Shown one piece after another: positions 1-12,300 of a stretch of DNA of 64,000 nt (positions are counted from its first letter, which is position 1; each line of letters starts with the position of its first letter). Origin of the DNA: a virus (lineage: Duplodnaviria > Caudoviricetes); IMG/VR virus record IMGVR_UViG_3300044551_000092, positions 128,001 to 192,000 of that record; one strand, 5' to 3'. The position numbers and the translations under genes were made by a program. Below the pieces are notes generated by a model. It was given only the letters and a program-made list of their open reading frames with translations. It had not been told where the DNA came from and searched no databases.

Positions 1-138
1 ACGATATGGGAAGCTATCACACCGGAACAGTTATTTTATTTCGATGATAATATTAGTCCTTTAGAAAATAAATTGAAACTAAAGATGAAATTATCTAATG
101 GTTCAAAACTACTTAGTTATGCCCTGACATGGGTGTAA
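1..138 (+). CDS. 3' end of a putative virion structural protein (partial)
   Basis: Frame 1 is open from base 1 (TIWEAITPEQ...LLSYALTWV) to TAA at 136-138; structural role inferred from context. Confidence 0.6.
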   Translation, partial: TIWEAITPEQLFYFDDNISPLENKLKLKMKLSNGSKLLSYALTWV

Positions 139-156
139 GTAAAGGAGCAAAGGATA

Positions 157-603
157 ATGACCGTACAACGAATTAGTTTAGTTCCAGATAGTGAAAAAGA
201 TTATCTAATTATCAAGCAAAAGATTCTGGATCAACAGCTGACCAAAAAAGATTATGATCAGTTGCCGCCGGCAGAACAGCAGGTCGTCGAAAAGGCTTTA
301 TTTGATATTGCTTCTGACAAAGTTGAACCTAACATTGGTGCTTCAGCCCTAGAATTTGTTCTTTTCATGTTCATGAGAATTGTAAATAAAAAATTAGTAG
401 GCAAAAGCTTAACTGCGGATGATAAGATTATCGAGGCCTCATTAAACCGAATTACATCCATGCATCAGATTACAGACAGTAAATTATCGATCGATCAATG
501 GCTTTTTGACTACATGGCTTATGCGGAAGAAAAAGCAGCTAAAATTCTGCAAAATCGTAAAGAACACATTGCAAGGAAGGTTGAAATCACTGGTCATCAT
601 TAA
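157..603 (+). CDS. hypothetical phage protein
   Basis: 148 aa ORF with AAGGAG/AAGGA SD; no motif recognised. Confidence 0.7.
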   Translation: MTVQRISLVPDSEKDYLIIKQKILDQQLTKKDYDQLPPAEQQVVEKALFDIASDKVEPNIGASALEFVLFMFMRIVNKKLVGKSLTADDKIIEASLNRITSMHQITDSKLSIDQWLFDYMAYAEEKAAKILQNRKEHIARKVEITGHH

Positions 604-668
604 ATTCTTAGAAAAATCGGCTTTGCAAGATCTTTAGAAAAAACATACGATAAAACTGGTGATCTATC

Positions 669-1163
669 ATGGCTATAGAAACTGGTGATCTTATCTTTGT
701 GCGGGATCAGCCGGATCTTATTTCCAGATTAATTTGTTGGTTTACCGGCAGCCGTTATTCACACGTAGGAATGATCTATCAAGACGACTTGATCTATGAA
801 ATTAATTTATCCCGGCAACTCGCAATCTACCCCAATCGATATAAACATTATGATATCTATCGGTATAAAAAAGGCTTAACTCATTTACAAAAAATAATGT
901 TACAGGATCAAGCGGCAGCTGAAGCAAAGGTAAATGAAGGATATGATTTACCAAAAATCTTTGAATTTGCCTTGATGAAATGGATCAAGAAACCGTTTGT
1001 TTTGAAACAAAATAAAAAGAAAATCTGCTCTGAAATTGTAGATAATCTATATCTAAGTATTGGGATTGATCTTGTTCCTGAAAGAATTAATGGGGATGTT
1101 CGACCGGTTGATTTGGTTAAATCTTCACAGCTGAAAAGAATATATTCCTACGATCTTCGCTAG
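669..1163 (+). CDS. permuted papain-like (NlpC/P60, YiiX/YaeF-type) amidase
   Basis: GDLIFVR, YSHVGM (His), YD and ICSEIV (Cys) in the permuted His-before-Cys order. Confidence 0.8.
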   Translation: MAIETGDLIFVRDQPDLISRLICWFTGSRYSHVGMIYQDDLIYEINLSRQLAIYPNRYKHYDIYRYKKGLTHLQKIMLQDQAAAEAKVNEGYDLPKIFEFALMKWIKKPFVLKQNKKKICSEIVDNLYLSIGIDLVPERINGDVRPVDLVKSSQLKRIYSYDLR

Positions 1164-1201
1164 TAGGTCAATAAAAAAATCGTTCTAAGGAGGAAGAACT
1201 C

Positions 1202-1849
1202 ATGGCGGATGCACTTGAATCAAATTATTCAAATGAAGTTAATGTCCAGGCTGAAGCGCCAGTTCCAGATACACTTGCTCCGGGTATTCCAGCAAATCTT
1301 GCAGCACAAATTGCACAGGGCAAAGTAACCCTATCGTGGGATCCAGTTACCAAGAATCACGATAACTCTGATATAACAGATCTTGGTGGCTATAATATTC
1401 TGCGTAAACTCCACGATGAAGATGAATTTACTCAGATTGGTCAAGTCGATGCGACTCATACATCCTATGAAGATACAGACATCGTTGACGGTGCGACGTA
1501 TATCTATGCCGTTAATGCGTATGATACCGCAGAAACTCCGAATGTCGGTTTAAATTCTGAAGAACTGACGGTTAAAACTATTCCAGGCATTCCTCAAAAT
1601 CTTGCTGGCTCTTCAGCGGATGGTAAAGTTAATCTGACGTGGGACAGCGTTCTTAATGCAGAAAGCCCCCATACAAATGAGAACCTTGCTGGATATAACG
1701 TCTATCGTTCAACCACAACAGGGGAAGGTTACACGAAAATCGGCTCAACCGATAAAAATACGACAACTTATGAAGATACCGATGTTGAGGCAGGCACCAC
1801 TTATTATTATGTGGTAACTTCGTATGATAACAGTGGCGCTGCTGCTTAA
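1202..1849 (+). CDS. tandem fibronectin type III domain protein (putative virion decoration)
   Basis: Two repeats of P-NL...V-L-WD...GYN[IV]-R...Y-DT....G-TY-Y-V--YD; strong AGGAGG SD. Confidence 0.85.
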   Translation: MADALESNYSNEVNVQAEAPVPDTLAPGIPANLAAQIAQGKVTLSWDPVTKNHDNSDITDLGGYNILRKLHDEDEFTQIGQVDATHTSYEDTDIVDGATYIYAVNAYDTAETPNVGLNSEELTVKTIPGIPQNLAGSSADGKVNLTWDSVLNAESPHTNENLAGYNVYRSTTTGEGYTKIGSTDKNTTTYEDTDVEAGTTYYYVVTSYDNSGAAA

Positions 1850-1868
1850 ATCAAACGACTGTATTTTT

Positions 1869-1899
1869 GAGACGCAGGAGAACACTGCGTCTCTTTTTT
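1869..1899 (+). terminator. intrinsic terminator
   Basis: GAGACGCAG / CTGCGTCTC 9-bp stem followed by T6. Confidence 0.85.
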
Positions 1900-1972
1900 C
1901 ATATGTTCAAGGTATATGAAACATGGTACAATAAATTTAGAATGAATTTTCTAAAGAACGGGGTGTATCTCC

Positions 1973-3415
1973 GTGTCGTATGAAAAGAAAACCGATATTT
2001 ATGAATTGGTTAGTAATGATCGGGTAGCATTTGAACAAATTAGTCAATCAGATTTAAAGGGGAAAGACATCCCAAAAACAGATGAATTTTTAGGCCTGTT
2101 TTATCAACAGTCACAATGTACAAATCTTGTGTTTAAATTGACAGGTTCAGCAACCGATATTTATCTAAAAATTTTTTATGTCAATCAACTTCCGCTTGCC
2201 ACTGCCAAACATGCCTTTATCCTGTTTTGGACAGGCACGAGCTGGAGCCGTATTGTTTTCACGCTGAATGAAAAAGAACATGCATTTGAGATTCATACGA
2301 ATAAAACAGGCTACTATGCGGTAGGAATCCAGAAAAATTGGTATTCTCAAATTACGCAATCCATTGCAAATGAGTGGCCGCATTGGGCAGGAATTCGTAG
2401 CGCTATTTCTTCCGGCCAAATTTACTTGAATCAATATGCCATGATTTTTGAAGAAATCAAAGAGCAGATTCAATGGATTCGAGAACAAAAATATCTAAGT
2501 ACGGTGGATGTACATCAACTGGATTGGATTTATATTTACTCGTTACCGGTGCCATTAACGGCTGATGATACGATCACCCTAAAAGATGGAGACCATTTGG
2601 TAGAAGTCTTTGATAGCGTTTATCAATTCTTCGTCAATGATTCCAATCAGGGCGGCATCATTGATTATGAAAAAAGTCGCTTTTATTCGGTTGCTAAATA
2701 TGAACAGTTAAAATTATATACCAATAAAGGCACATTTAATTTGGTTGGCCAACCCTATCAGGTGTGGAACTCGCTCGATGATTTTGGCTTATTGCTCGAT
2801 GAACCGCGACGATTTTTAGAAAAAAACAAAGATTATATTGAACGATTATTGAATGTGTTTCGCTATCCATCGAACACAACGAAAACAGGCGTCGCAAACG
2901 GGGTGGGGCGAAACCTTAATCTGATTCAAAAGGTTACGTGGGTCGATGATACAAAAACACTGTTTATTCGTAATGATTCTGCGGCCTATATTGAACCACA
3001 TAGCATTCGTGTTGATGGCTATAAATTAGATGCAAGTGATTATACAATCGATGCCTCGTTAAATTTAAAAATCAATCCCATGAACCAACATAAGACACAT
3101 ATAGTGACTTTTATGAATAACTTGATTCAACATGAACTCTATAATCAGCAGGATATGGAACTGCAAAAGTTGATCTATCAAGATGACGGTCAAGCAACCT
3201 CAACGCTTTTACATTGGGTTGAACAGATAAATATGATTGCGCCGGTTATGTGGGATCAGATTAAGTGGGATCAGGGTTTTTGGGACACGATCAATAAAAA
3301 TCTGCTAAGTATCGGATATATACCAAATATCTGGGATTCCAATACGGATGTCTGGAAATCATATGTTATCAAGAAAGACAGATGGGAGGCGCAAAACATA
3401 TGGCAGACGGAGTGA
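1973..3415 (+). CDS. putative virion structural protein
   Basis: 480 aa ORF heading an operon of giant genes; function from context only. Confidence 0.55.
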   Translation: MSYEKKTDIYELVSNDRVAFEQISQSDLKGKDIPKTDEFLGLFYQQSQCTNLVFKLTGSATDIYLKIFYVNQLPLATAKHAFILFWTGTSWSRIVFTLNEKEHAFEIHTNKTGYYAVGIQKNWYSQITQSIANEWPHWAGIRSAISSGQIYLNQYAMIFEEIKEQIQWIREQKYLSTVDVHQLDWIYIYSLPVPLTADDTITLKDGDHLVEVFDSVYQFFVNDSNQGGIIDYEKSRFYSVAKYEQLKLYTNKGTFNLVGQPYQVWNSLDDFGLLLDEPRRFLEKNKDYIERLLNVFRYPSNTTKTGVANGVGRNLNLIQKVTWVDDTKTLFIRNDSAAYIEPHSIRVDGYKLDASDYTIDASLNLKINPMNQHKTHIVTFMNNLIQHELYNQQDMELQKLIYQDDGQATSTLLHWVEQINMIAPVMWDQIKWDQGFWDTINKNLLSIGYIPNIWDSNTDVWKSYVIKKDRWEAQNIWQTE

Positions 3416-6400
3416 TGAACCCTGATCAATTTCCAGACAGTGAATTGCCAAATCGAAATATTAAGCAAAACACTGACGATCATATTGTCTGGAAGACTGA
3501 TGAAGAGAAACAAAAAGTGATGTCTCCCGGTGTCATCGACGCCCCTTATCTTCAGGGTAAAACACAAAATCGGCCGATTAAAGCCATTAAATCTGGTGTT
3601 GGCGATCAAGACGATTTATTAGTGAAAAAGCCGGAAAAGGAAACTCTATCAAAAGATTTTAAAATATCCGCTCGGTTAGAAGGGGAGCAGCAGCACAGCA
3701 TTAATCACTTTCCAGGGATTGATTTTCAATACGGCATTCATTATAAGGGCCAATATTATGAAGATGACAACAGCCAGCACTACAAACACCGGGTCGATGC
3801 CTATCCGAAAAAAGTTTTAAAAGCTGAGATTACTCAAACCGATAAACATCCAGTTACACGTCCTTGGGTTGTTGGCGTAGACATTAATGGCCATGTTCGT
3901 AAGACCACATTGCATTATGCAGTAGAATGGAGCGGTCTGTATCAAGAAGAGGAAGTGCAGGGGGCTGCGGATCTGTTTACATATCAAAACGGGAATTTTA
4001 TCGGCCCTGGACCAAAAACAAATTCTTGGCACAAAGAGGGCGGCTCGGTCCAAAACTATGACAACCGATCGCATATGCAAGGTGTTGTGGCAAAAGAATT
4101 TTACGACTGGGATTCTTATGAGTGTGAATATGAATTTCAACCCATCCGCTCACTAAAATATCGCCCCGACACGGCAGCAACCGTTCCTTACAACGGCCGC
4201 TGGTACCGTCTGCCGGGCGCTGACGGCGATATCCTCGGCTTTGTGTTTAAGGCTAAGCCAGATAATAAAAACTTCTATCTGTTCCTCTGGGAGGCTCAGG
4301 ATAGGGTAATGAGTTCTTGGCGGGCTAAATCATTTAATGGTTATAACTGTTTAACCGGTGGTGTCAGCGATTATACGTTGGATAAGGCGGAACAGGTTTA
4401 CCGGAGGTATATGTCCTCATCCAACCAAGCCGCGCTTGGAATATATACTGGGCTTAGCTTGAGTACGGGGTCAAATTCAGATATTACAAGCTCACAATGG
4501 AGTAAGTGGACTCGCTGGTGTAACAGTGCCGGTTGGGGGAAACGCCATTATAAGATATATAAAGTAACAAATGGCGTCATGCATGAAGTACATGTGACGC
4601 CGCGAGGCAACAACAATGGCTGGAAACAAAACTGGATTGATGGTTCCGGCTACTTTCCCATGGATTACTTAAACAGTGTCAAAATACACGTAGAAGGACG
4701 ACGCGTACAGATTTATACCAAATCCTATAAATCAGGACATTATAACAGTGTTGGTTTTCAAAAAGCCTTTGACTTTAATGTCGCTTCGGGTTATGAACAG
4801 GGAAGCACGGGTATTGTTACCTTTTCACAGTCTGTAAAAATGACAAAGATCCGAGTATCCCGTTGGTTGCCTATGAACGGTCGAGTTCCATCATCGGGCT
4901 ATAGCGCATGGAGTGGAATCGGTTCGAAAAAGATAAGCTCTTCCGGATCATCTTACGTTGACAGCTCTGCGCGATCAATGGCCAGGCAAAAGTCTGGGCA
5001 ATCCGACCCAGAATATGAAGTTAAGAAAGTAACTGGTTTGGTCGAAAATAAAGAATATGGATCTATCTCTGCATCGGTAAATCGACCTGTCGTGCTTACG
5101 TCCACCAATCCAAAAGACGCGGGCGGTATCCGGACAATTACGCCGACACGTTCAGGGACGGCTTATATTACACCTGATCATTTTAATCAGGAGACTTGGC
5201 TGATGGTAATTAAAGATATACCCAGCCTTTTTAAAGAAACGATCAATAGTTTCTTAGCCAACAATCCAGAAATTGATCGAATTGCCTCTGTTGTTCCTCG
5301 GGTGATTAAACCCAATCATAAAGATGACGATGACTGGGATTTCGTGAATGGAGCGCTTTATATGTGGAACAGTGCCCCACCGATTACGCAAAAAACGAAA
5401 GACTACGCCGTCACTGTTTATGCATACGAAGGATTGAAACGAGTCGCTAATCTATGGGATGATTTTCAAGATTCCAAATGGGCAACTTATGTTCTACGGA
5501 TTATTGACAATCCAGATGATCCGACTGGCTTTAATCCAGATTTTGACAAACTGTACATCAAAGATAAAAAGCTTTACGCTCAAACGAAAGAATGGTATCT
5601 GGGGACTTATGATGCCGATATTAGCGATGTGGGAACAGTCACCAATCAAGCCAATGTTGAGATTGATATTCCGCCAATGCCTGAACATTTTATTTCACCG
5701 TCTACCGGAGAAGAAATGTATCATGGTTATACAGACGTGGATTTTCTCCTAAACCAGCTAGAACCGACGATCGTTAAAGATGTATGGATGTGGTTTAAGA
5801 GTAATCTGAGTCGCACAACCAAGAATACTCAATCGCCCTTAAACGTTCTGAATGGTAAGCCTATTATTAAGACGAATCTCATAAATGATAAAGTTGTTGT
5901 CCACTGTGAACCTCGTCCGCACTATATCCCTTGGGAGTCTGGCAAGTATATTGGATATGGCAAAGTCAACGGTAAGCGTCCATTCTTTTCTGCAGCACAT
6001 GGAAAAGCAGATTTAGCTAATGTGCCAACTAATGTGGTTTATATTGCTCCTGGAGTCAATCGCTTGTCCGACCCGATTATTGATGTCAGTGACGATCGAG
6101 TCAAATTTAAAATTAATCCAGATAAGACAGTCACTTTTTATTCGGATTATGAGGCTCCCTATGTATGGAAAACTCAATGGCATAGTCAGTGGAAAGATCT
6201 CCCGCTGGTTTACACCATACGTTCTGATGAGCAATGGATACGTCAGGTGTCCATTGATTTTAGTCAAGAAGATCTTGGCAATTATGATACTGGCAGTATT
6301 CAAGTTGAACGTATTCATGTTGTTCCAAGCAATCCTTTTGTGAATCTTTGGGCGGAAAAGGCTTTCGATAACCAAAAGAAAATCAACTATAATTTTGATG

Positions 6401-9291
6401 TCAAATGCGATATTCGCTACCCGTCGGTAGCACAAATTGACCTTAATAACTTTTTCGCCAATTGGAAAAATTACAATGAACTGAAAAACGGAGAAGGGCA
6501 GGAGGCCGATCCGAATAGCCCAAATGAGGGAGACTGGCATGGGCCCCCCGAAGCCGGCTATCCTAAAATCACAAACATCATCAACCAGAATGGCTTATCT
6601 GGCTGGTATAACCCGGCACATGCATCTCTCAAAGATTACACCTATCATTTTAAAGTGCAGGAGAAGTCTGGCTGGGATAATGACATGTATGGTGCCATGT
6701 TCCGCTTCGATCCAAAGACGTTAAATTTCTATTCGTTTGAGTGGGACGGCGGCGGCTACACGGCCGAGGGACATAACGGAATGAATATTATCCGCAATAT
6801 TTGTTTGGATCCGGAGAACTACGGAAAGCATTCACTGCATTATTCTAAAAAACAAATCGGCCATAACGACTTAAAATGGGTGCCGCTCAGCGAAGACATC
6901 CACGACGTATCAATAACCGTGCAGGGGCAGCAGATTCAGGTATATACCGATGGCGAAAAACGGATTGACGTGATTGATGACGATCCAGAGGCGCTTCTGT
7001 ATGGCGCATTTGGACCGCTCACCCTGTCGAACCCGGACACCTATTTCTGGGACTTGTCGCTTGAAACTTATGAAACAGCGACGATGACGCAGCACTTTGA
7101 AAATCAGCTGCCGATGCCGTTTGATGCTAACCTACATCCCGTTGAACAGCAAATCGTGACTGGTCTATTTGGCTACTTCCAGAGTTTCATTTCTAACTAT
7201 ACGAATGACTTGAGTGACGTGTCGCTTCTTTACACGATTCAAAATGACAAGAGCGACGTTTCGGTATATTTTAACAGGACCGGCAAGACAATGTCGTCAA
7301 ATCAGGATGATATTCCTTGTGGGACTGTGACGAACGCAGACGGCGGCAGTTCATCGACCTATACGGTCTATGGCGAGATCAAGGCGGAAACGCCTTATCC
7401 GTGGTCACCGATGCTGCATAACGGCTATTATTATTTTAACGAGAAAGAAAACTTTTTATTTGCAAACCCAATTGTTGAACAACACAATACTGTTCATATC
7501 ATTAATGTTTTAATTCTTTATCCTGCCGCTCTGCATGGCGACCCAGAAGGGAAAACAAATATTCAGCACGCTATTGAAAACTATGGAAACTTCAGTCAAT
7601 ATGAAAAGATTCATGCGGTCCAGGATGTCTATGAAAATTATAATAAATACAATGCCGATCACTTTGATGTATTAACTTTCTGTCCGGCTGACTGTAATGC
7701 AAGACAGGATATTACAGATGATATGATGAACTGGATCCGTGATTTCTACCACAAAGATAAGATTATTATTTTTACACACGACACGGCGACAATGTCTCAG
7801 GGGACGGGACTTTCAGGCAGATTTGGAACGTTGTTTCAAGAGATGGGTTTTACGCTTAATCCGCGAGAATATACCCGTGCTACAACTATTCGAAAAACTG
7901 TTCATGAAGAATGGATGGACTATCCGTATAAGCTGCCAGATGTCATGACAGTCACACATACGCATTGGAACTGGATTGATGGAGGAAAAGGATTATTTTC
8001 ATTCGGAAATAACGACAATGAATTCTGGTTGCGTAACATCGGAAACGTTTACTATTCCGAGTCGGGAGACGGGACTTATGATTGTAACGGCGAATACATC
8101 CAACCATTAAGTGAAGATGAGCAAAAAATTTGGGTTAACTTAATCATGAAAGTGGCCAAATGGCGGCACTATGATGAATTTGACCCACGAGAACCCATCT
8201 TAATGTCACGGCCAAAACAGGGTGCCCCAACAATTGTCAGAGCCAATGATGTTTTACTTCGGAAAACGAATTTTTATGATGGAGCAATGAAGCGAACTTT
8301 AGAAAAAACGGAGCGCTTCCACGGAAATGGACGTTCAAAATATTACTTACTGTATCAAGGCATAGACGGAGAGACATTAAAAGTCTTTGTAAATGATGAA
8401 AGCATTGAGGATTATATTTTTGATGCCGATCAGTCCAGCATTCAATTCATGCAGCAGTATAACGACCAAGATGTCATTGTCGTTAGTTATCATCTTCAGA
8501 AAAGTTATACAATCGATGAAAATTTTCAAGTCGGCGATGATGTGGCAAAGGTTATTGTTGATCCAAATATGAGCATCAATCAGTTAAATAACTTAGAAAT
8601 CATTTATGAGGGTACGGATTTAACTCCATTTTACCGAGCTAGTGAAGTAACTTTAAATCCAATTCTTACTCATAATCATAGTGGCTTTTTACGGTTGACT
8701 GAAAAGACAGATCAGAAGCCATCGCAATTAACCGTCATAGCCTCTCCAGATCATGCGGTTCCAGGAGATCAAATTATCATTACAGTGAGAGTTGAAGACC
8801 AAGACGGCAATCCCGTTGAAAAAGTCGGTGTAGTCTTAAGAAAAGAAGGAGCCGATTATAAAAACGGCCAAACAAATGAGGCAGGAGAAATCTATTTCTA
8901 TGACCAAATTGGTGCGGCACAAACAGTGACCTACCGAGCAATCTGTGATACTTTGCAACGAGATGTTTTAGTTTATGTTGCAAGCCAATCGACTTCGAAT
9001 CAGAATTTTATTGAGTTAAAAACATCACAGCCATCGTTATCAATTAAGCGTAAAGAGGAAGCTACAATATACTTAACGGTAAGAAATTCGGACTGGTCAG
9101 TTATGGCCAATCAATCTGTTTCAATATCTTATCTAAATAAACAGTTGACAGTATTAACCAATAAATATGGACAAGCAGCGATTACGTTAAACAGCGACGG
9201 ACAAAAAGCACAACTTGTTCCAATCAAAGTTCAAGCCACAATAGAAGGAATAAAAATTGTAAATGAAATCATTATTCAACTGGTTGATTAA
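3400..9291 (+). CDS. giant putative virion/fibre protein with two ConA/TSP-C-like lectin domains and C-terminal Ig-like (Big_1) domains
   Basis: About 1960 aa; GGAGG precedes ATG 3400; motifs DGDILGFVF..NFYLFLWE and DNDMYGAMF..NFYSFEWD; C-terminal ITVRVEDQDGNPV and TNKYGQAAITL. Confidence 0.65.
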   Translation: MADGVMNPDQFPDSELPNRNIKQNTDDHIVWKTDEEKQKVMSPGVIDAPYLQGKTQNRPIKAIKSGVGDQDDLLVKKPEKETLSKDFKISARLEGEQQHSINHFPGIDFQYGIHYKGQYYEDDNSQHYKHRVDAYPKKVLKAEITQTDKHPVTRPWVVGVDINGHVRKTTLHYAVEWSGLYQEEEVQGAADLFTYQNGNFIGPGPKTNSWHKEGGSVQNYDNRSHMQGVVAKEFYDWDSYECEYEFQPIRSLKYRPDTAATVPYNGRWYRLPGADGDILGFVFKAKPDNKNFYLFLWEAQDRVMSSWRAKSFNGYNCLTGGVSDYTLDKAEQVYRRYMSSSNQAALGIYTGLSLSTGSNSDITSSQWSKWTRWCNSAGWGKRHYKIYKVTNGVMHEVHVTPRGNNNGWKQNWIDGSGYFPMDYLNSVKIHVEGRRVQIYTKSYKSGHYNSVGFQKAFDFNVASGYEQGSTGIVTFSQSVKMTKIRVSRWLPMNGRVPSSGYSAWSGIGSKKISSSGSSYVDSSARSMARQKSGQSDPEYEVKKVTGLVENKEYGSISASVNRPVVLTSTNPKDAGGIRTITPTRSGTAYITPDHFNQETWLMVIKDIPSLFKETINSFLANNPEIDRIASVVPRVIKPNHKDDDDWDFVNGALYMWNSAPPITQKTKDYAVTVYAYEGLKRVANLWDDFQDSKWATYVLRIIDNPDDPTGFNPDFDKLYIKDKKLYAQTKEWYLGTYDADISDVGTVTNQANVEIDIPPMPEHFISPSTGEEMYHGYTDVDFLLNQLEPTIVKDVWMWFKSNLSRTTKNTQSPLNVLNGKPIIKTNLINDKVVVHCEPRPHYIPWESGKYIGYGKVNGKRPFFSAAHGKADLANVPTNVVYIAPGVNRLSDPIIDVSDDRVKFKINPDKTVTFYSDYEAPYVWKTQWHSQWKDLPLVYTIRSDEQWIRQVSIDFSQEDLGNYDTGSIQVERIHVVPSNPFVNLWAEKAFDNQKKINYNFDVKCDIRYPSVAQIDLNNFFANWKNYNELKNGEGQEADPNSPNEGDWHGPPEAGYPKITNIINQNGLSGWYNPAHASLKDYTYHFKVQEKSGWDNDMYGAMFRFDPKTLNFYSFEWDGGGYTAEGHNGMNIIRNICLDPENYGKHSLHYSKKQIGHNDLKWVPLSEDIHDVSITVQGQQIQVYTDGEKRIDVIDDDPEALLYGAFGPLTLSNPDTYFWDLSLETYETATMTQHFENQLPMPFDANLHPVEQQIVTGLFGYFQSFISNYTNDLSDVSLLYTIQNDKSDVSVYFNRTGKTMSSNQDDIPCGTVTNADGGSSSTYTVYGEIKAETPYPWSPMLHNGYYYFNEKENFLFANPIVEQHNTVHIINVLILYPAALHGDPEGKTNIQHAIENYGNFSQYEKIHAVQDVYENYNKYNADHFDVLTFCPADCNARQDITDDMMNWIRDFYHKDKIIIFTHDTATMSQGTGLSGRFGTLFQEMGFTLNPREYTRATTIRKTVHEEWMDYPYKLPDVMTVTHTHWNWIDGGKGLFSFGNNDNEFWLRNIGNVYYSESGDGTYDCNGEYIQPLSEDEQKIWVNLIMKVAKWRHYDEFDPREPILMSRPKQGAPTIVRANDVLLRKTNFYDGAMKRTLEKTERFHGNGRSKYYLLYQGIDGETLKVFVNDESIEDYIFDADQSSIQFMQQYNDQDVIVVSYHLQKSYTIDENFQVGDDVAKVIVDPNMSINQLNNLEIIYEGTDLTPFYRASEVTLNPILTHNHSGFLRLTEKTDQKPSQLTVIASPDHAVPGDQIIITVRVEDQDGNPVEKVGVVLRKEGADYKNGQTNEAGEIYFYDQIGAAQTVTYRAICDTLQRDVLVYVASQSTSNQNFIELKTSQPSLSIKRKEEATIYLTVRNSDWSVMANQSVSISYLNKQLTVLTNKYGQAAITLNSDGQKAQLVPIKVQATIEGIKIVNEIIIQLVD

Positions 9292-9305
9292 AAGGAGAAA
9301 GCACT

Positions 9306-12300
9306 ATGCCTGAGGACTTGACAGAATACAAAAAGCTACTCTCCAACGGGACAAAAACAATGCGTATTGGCCAAACCGTTCCAGAAGGAGACGTTAATAC
9401 CAGTTACATTCATACGCCAGAAGTATCTCCAGATCAAAATTTATCATTAGTGCGATATACGTCTAAAACAGATAATATGATTCCTCTGGAACAGCAAAAG
9501 AATCTTGCCGTGCCTGATCAAAATGGTCGATTGAACTATGTAAACCTAAGTGAAGATAATGCACCGATTACATTAAAAGCGCCTTACGAGGCTTTCCCGG
9601 ACAAAGACCCGATTGTTACCCGTCACTTCAAAAATGATCATTTTAGTTTGTCATCGGCGCTATACTATTTATTTGAAATAAAATATCACTTAGATAGCAA
9701 ATCCGGAGATCCCAATCGTATTGTTAAGTACACTGGCAACCAGATTCAGATCACTGATGAAAATGGTAATGCTTTAGACGACAACTATGCCTATGAAATT
9801 TATGTTAAAGCAATGGCAGATAATCCCTATATTTATTGGGTGAAGATCTATCTTGGCTTCAATACCGATGAAGAACACACTTATAAAATTCGATATAACC
9901 ATATCGATCATGTAGTGGATCCGGCACATATGCAAAATGCTGACCATAAAACGATTGAACTTTACACGAACAGCAATAATCAAATCGTAATCTCCTCTGT
10001 AACAAAGCAACTGGTGGAGAGTGGGAAACTGCGCATCGTCAATGGCTTAAGTGCTTCAAAAAAAGTTGATCAATTATCCGATTATAATGCGGACGACGAG
10101 GTTTATCAGGCTGTATTGAATGAAAAGCATGATGGTTATCATGTGAATGTGACCCAAAAGGCTGAGGCAGATCCCAGAGAACACACACAATTTAATTATA
10201 AAATCATTGCTCACTTTTGGAATGGGGATCGAAGTAAAGAACAAAAAGTCACAACAGGTTTTATTGAAGATTGGGTAATGGACCCCTCTGCATTACTTGC
10301 TTACGAAAAAAACGAATATCAGGGAAGTTATAAACTGCTTTCGATTCCAATAAATGATCAGCCACTTACGGTGAATCAATTAATTCATAAATCATTGCCC
10401 TTCACAACTGAAGATGTGGCGAATGATGCGGTTTATGAAATTTACGATGCACAGGATCGACTGCTCTATTCAACGTTAAATTCGCCTGATAATAAAAATG
10501 TTGAGACATCCATCCCAGATGCTTTGGGGAAAGTTGCTGCAGCAAAAGCGGCAGAAAAGAAAGCCGCTTGGATTAATGCGATGCATTCAAATATTCGTTT
10601 AATCACCCAGCCATTTAAACACGGCTGTACACTTTGGGGCGAAAAAACGAAGACTCACTGGGCTTTTGAATGGAAGGCAACGGGCCAGGGTGAAAAACAC
10701 ATGCTGCAAGTTTTCAGCACATCATTTTCTGTAAAAGCTGATGTGACGGTTCATAAGTCTAGTGGCGACACCAAAACCACGGTTGAGTCTGATAAATTTA
10801 TTATTACGTTAACCGATCACATTCAGCGGCGGATACATGATGATGAAGTAGACACAATTATGAAACCCTATATCGATAAAGCTGCCGGCGGATCCAGCTG
10901 GTCTGTAAACCGCTATTCGGTTGAATCTGACAGTAATAAATTGATAACTTATATTGACGAGATTGACGAAGGCCATATCTGGGGAAAAACGACCGATCCC
11001 TTAGCTGGTGAAATTCAAAAAATCCCCTGGAGTACATCTGATAACGCTCTTGATGTTGAAGGAGTCGGATCGGTTATTTTTCACGAAGACGGTGATTATA
11101 CTGTTTATTTTGGCCCCCTTGTTTTACCAACAAATCTTGTCCCCGACGATGTTTTTAACTTTCACTGGAACAAGCCCATTATCACATCGGGAGATCAGGT
11201 AGATATTTATCTAAAAGAAGACGGAGAGACGCTAACGCTAACAATGCCGACGCCAACAATCACTCAGCTGTCAAATCATATAGAAATTAATCAGGACTCT
11301 CTGTTGAAACGCGAAGGTATTAAACCAATGACTGGAAATATCTTTGCTGATGGCGATCTTTATGACAAATTAGGAATTAAAAATACTGATCCACTTGATA
11401 TAGCACTGCGATTGGAACGGGGGAATTCGACAAAAGAACCTAGCTTTCAAATCAACTATCGTTTCGAAGTCAATAAAGGTGAGGAAGTCCGTTATCCCGT
11501 TGATCAGTTTCAGAATCAACTTGGGGCCAACCGATTGCGGTTATCTCAATTTCTCAGCTCATTTAATAGAGTTGACTTTGCAATTGACTACAATGTTTTG
11601 TGGCCAAAAACAAAAACAACAGAAATGAAAGACTTGTTTGCACGAAATGCACCAGGTGCCGTTATGATTGAAGAGAATGAAGGGGATGCAACTTGGCAAA
11701 TCGTCAATGGGGTACTGAAAGACGATGACAACACGCAAAAATTCATTGCTTCATATAATACCCAATTTGATCATACCAGCTCCCACCTAACGGATTTCAC
11801 TTTTACGCCTAGAGGGCAAGACGACGATCTGGTAGGAGTGCTTTTCCGGGTCCAAGATACCAAAAATTTTTATATGCTAGTCATGGAATGTGATACGCCT
11901 CAAAATACTTCCGGATCCTATCGCGTAGAAAGTACACAACCGGAAAGCGTCTTTGAGTGGGATAAATATCCACGAAAATCTGCGCCAACCTATAATGAAT
12001 ATAACTATTATCGAGGATGGAAAACCTATCATCATCGTATTTACCAAGTCAAAAACGGAAATAAAATTCTGATCAAAGAATATTCGACTACAGACAATCG
12101 GGGCTATCTAAAAGAACAAACTAATAATATCCGTATTATTGCAAACGGAAAACAAACAGATATTTATTTCCAATATGGTTTCCCAGATCATGAGGATTCA
12201 GATACACAAAATTGGATGCATCTGTATACCATTAATACGGAATGGGACAACGGTTCTTTTGGTATATGCAACTATTCTATGCGTGTTGAATTTAATAGGA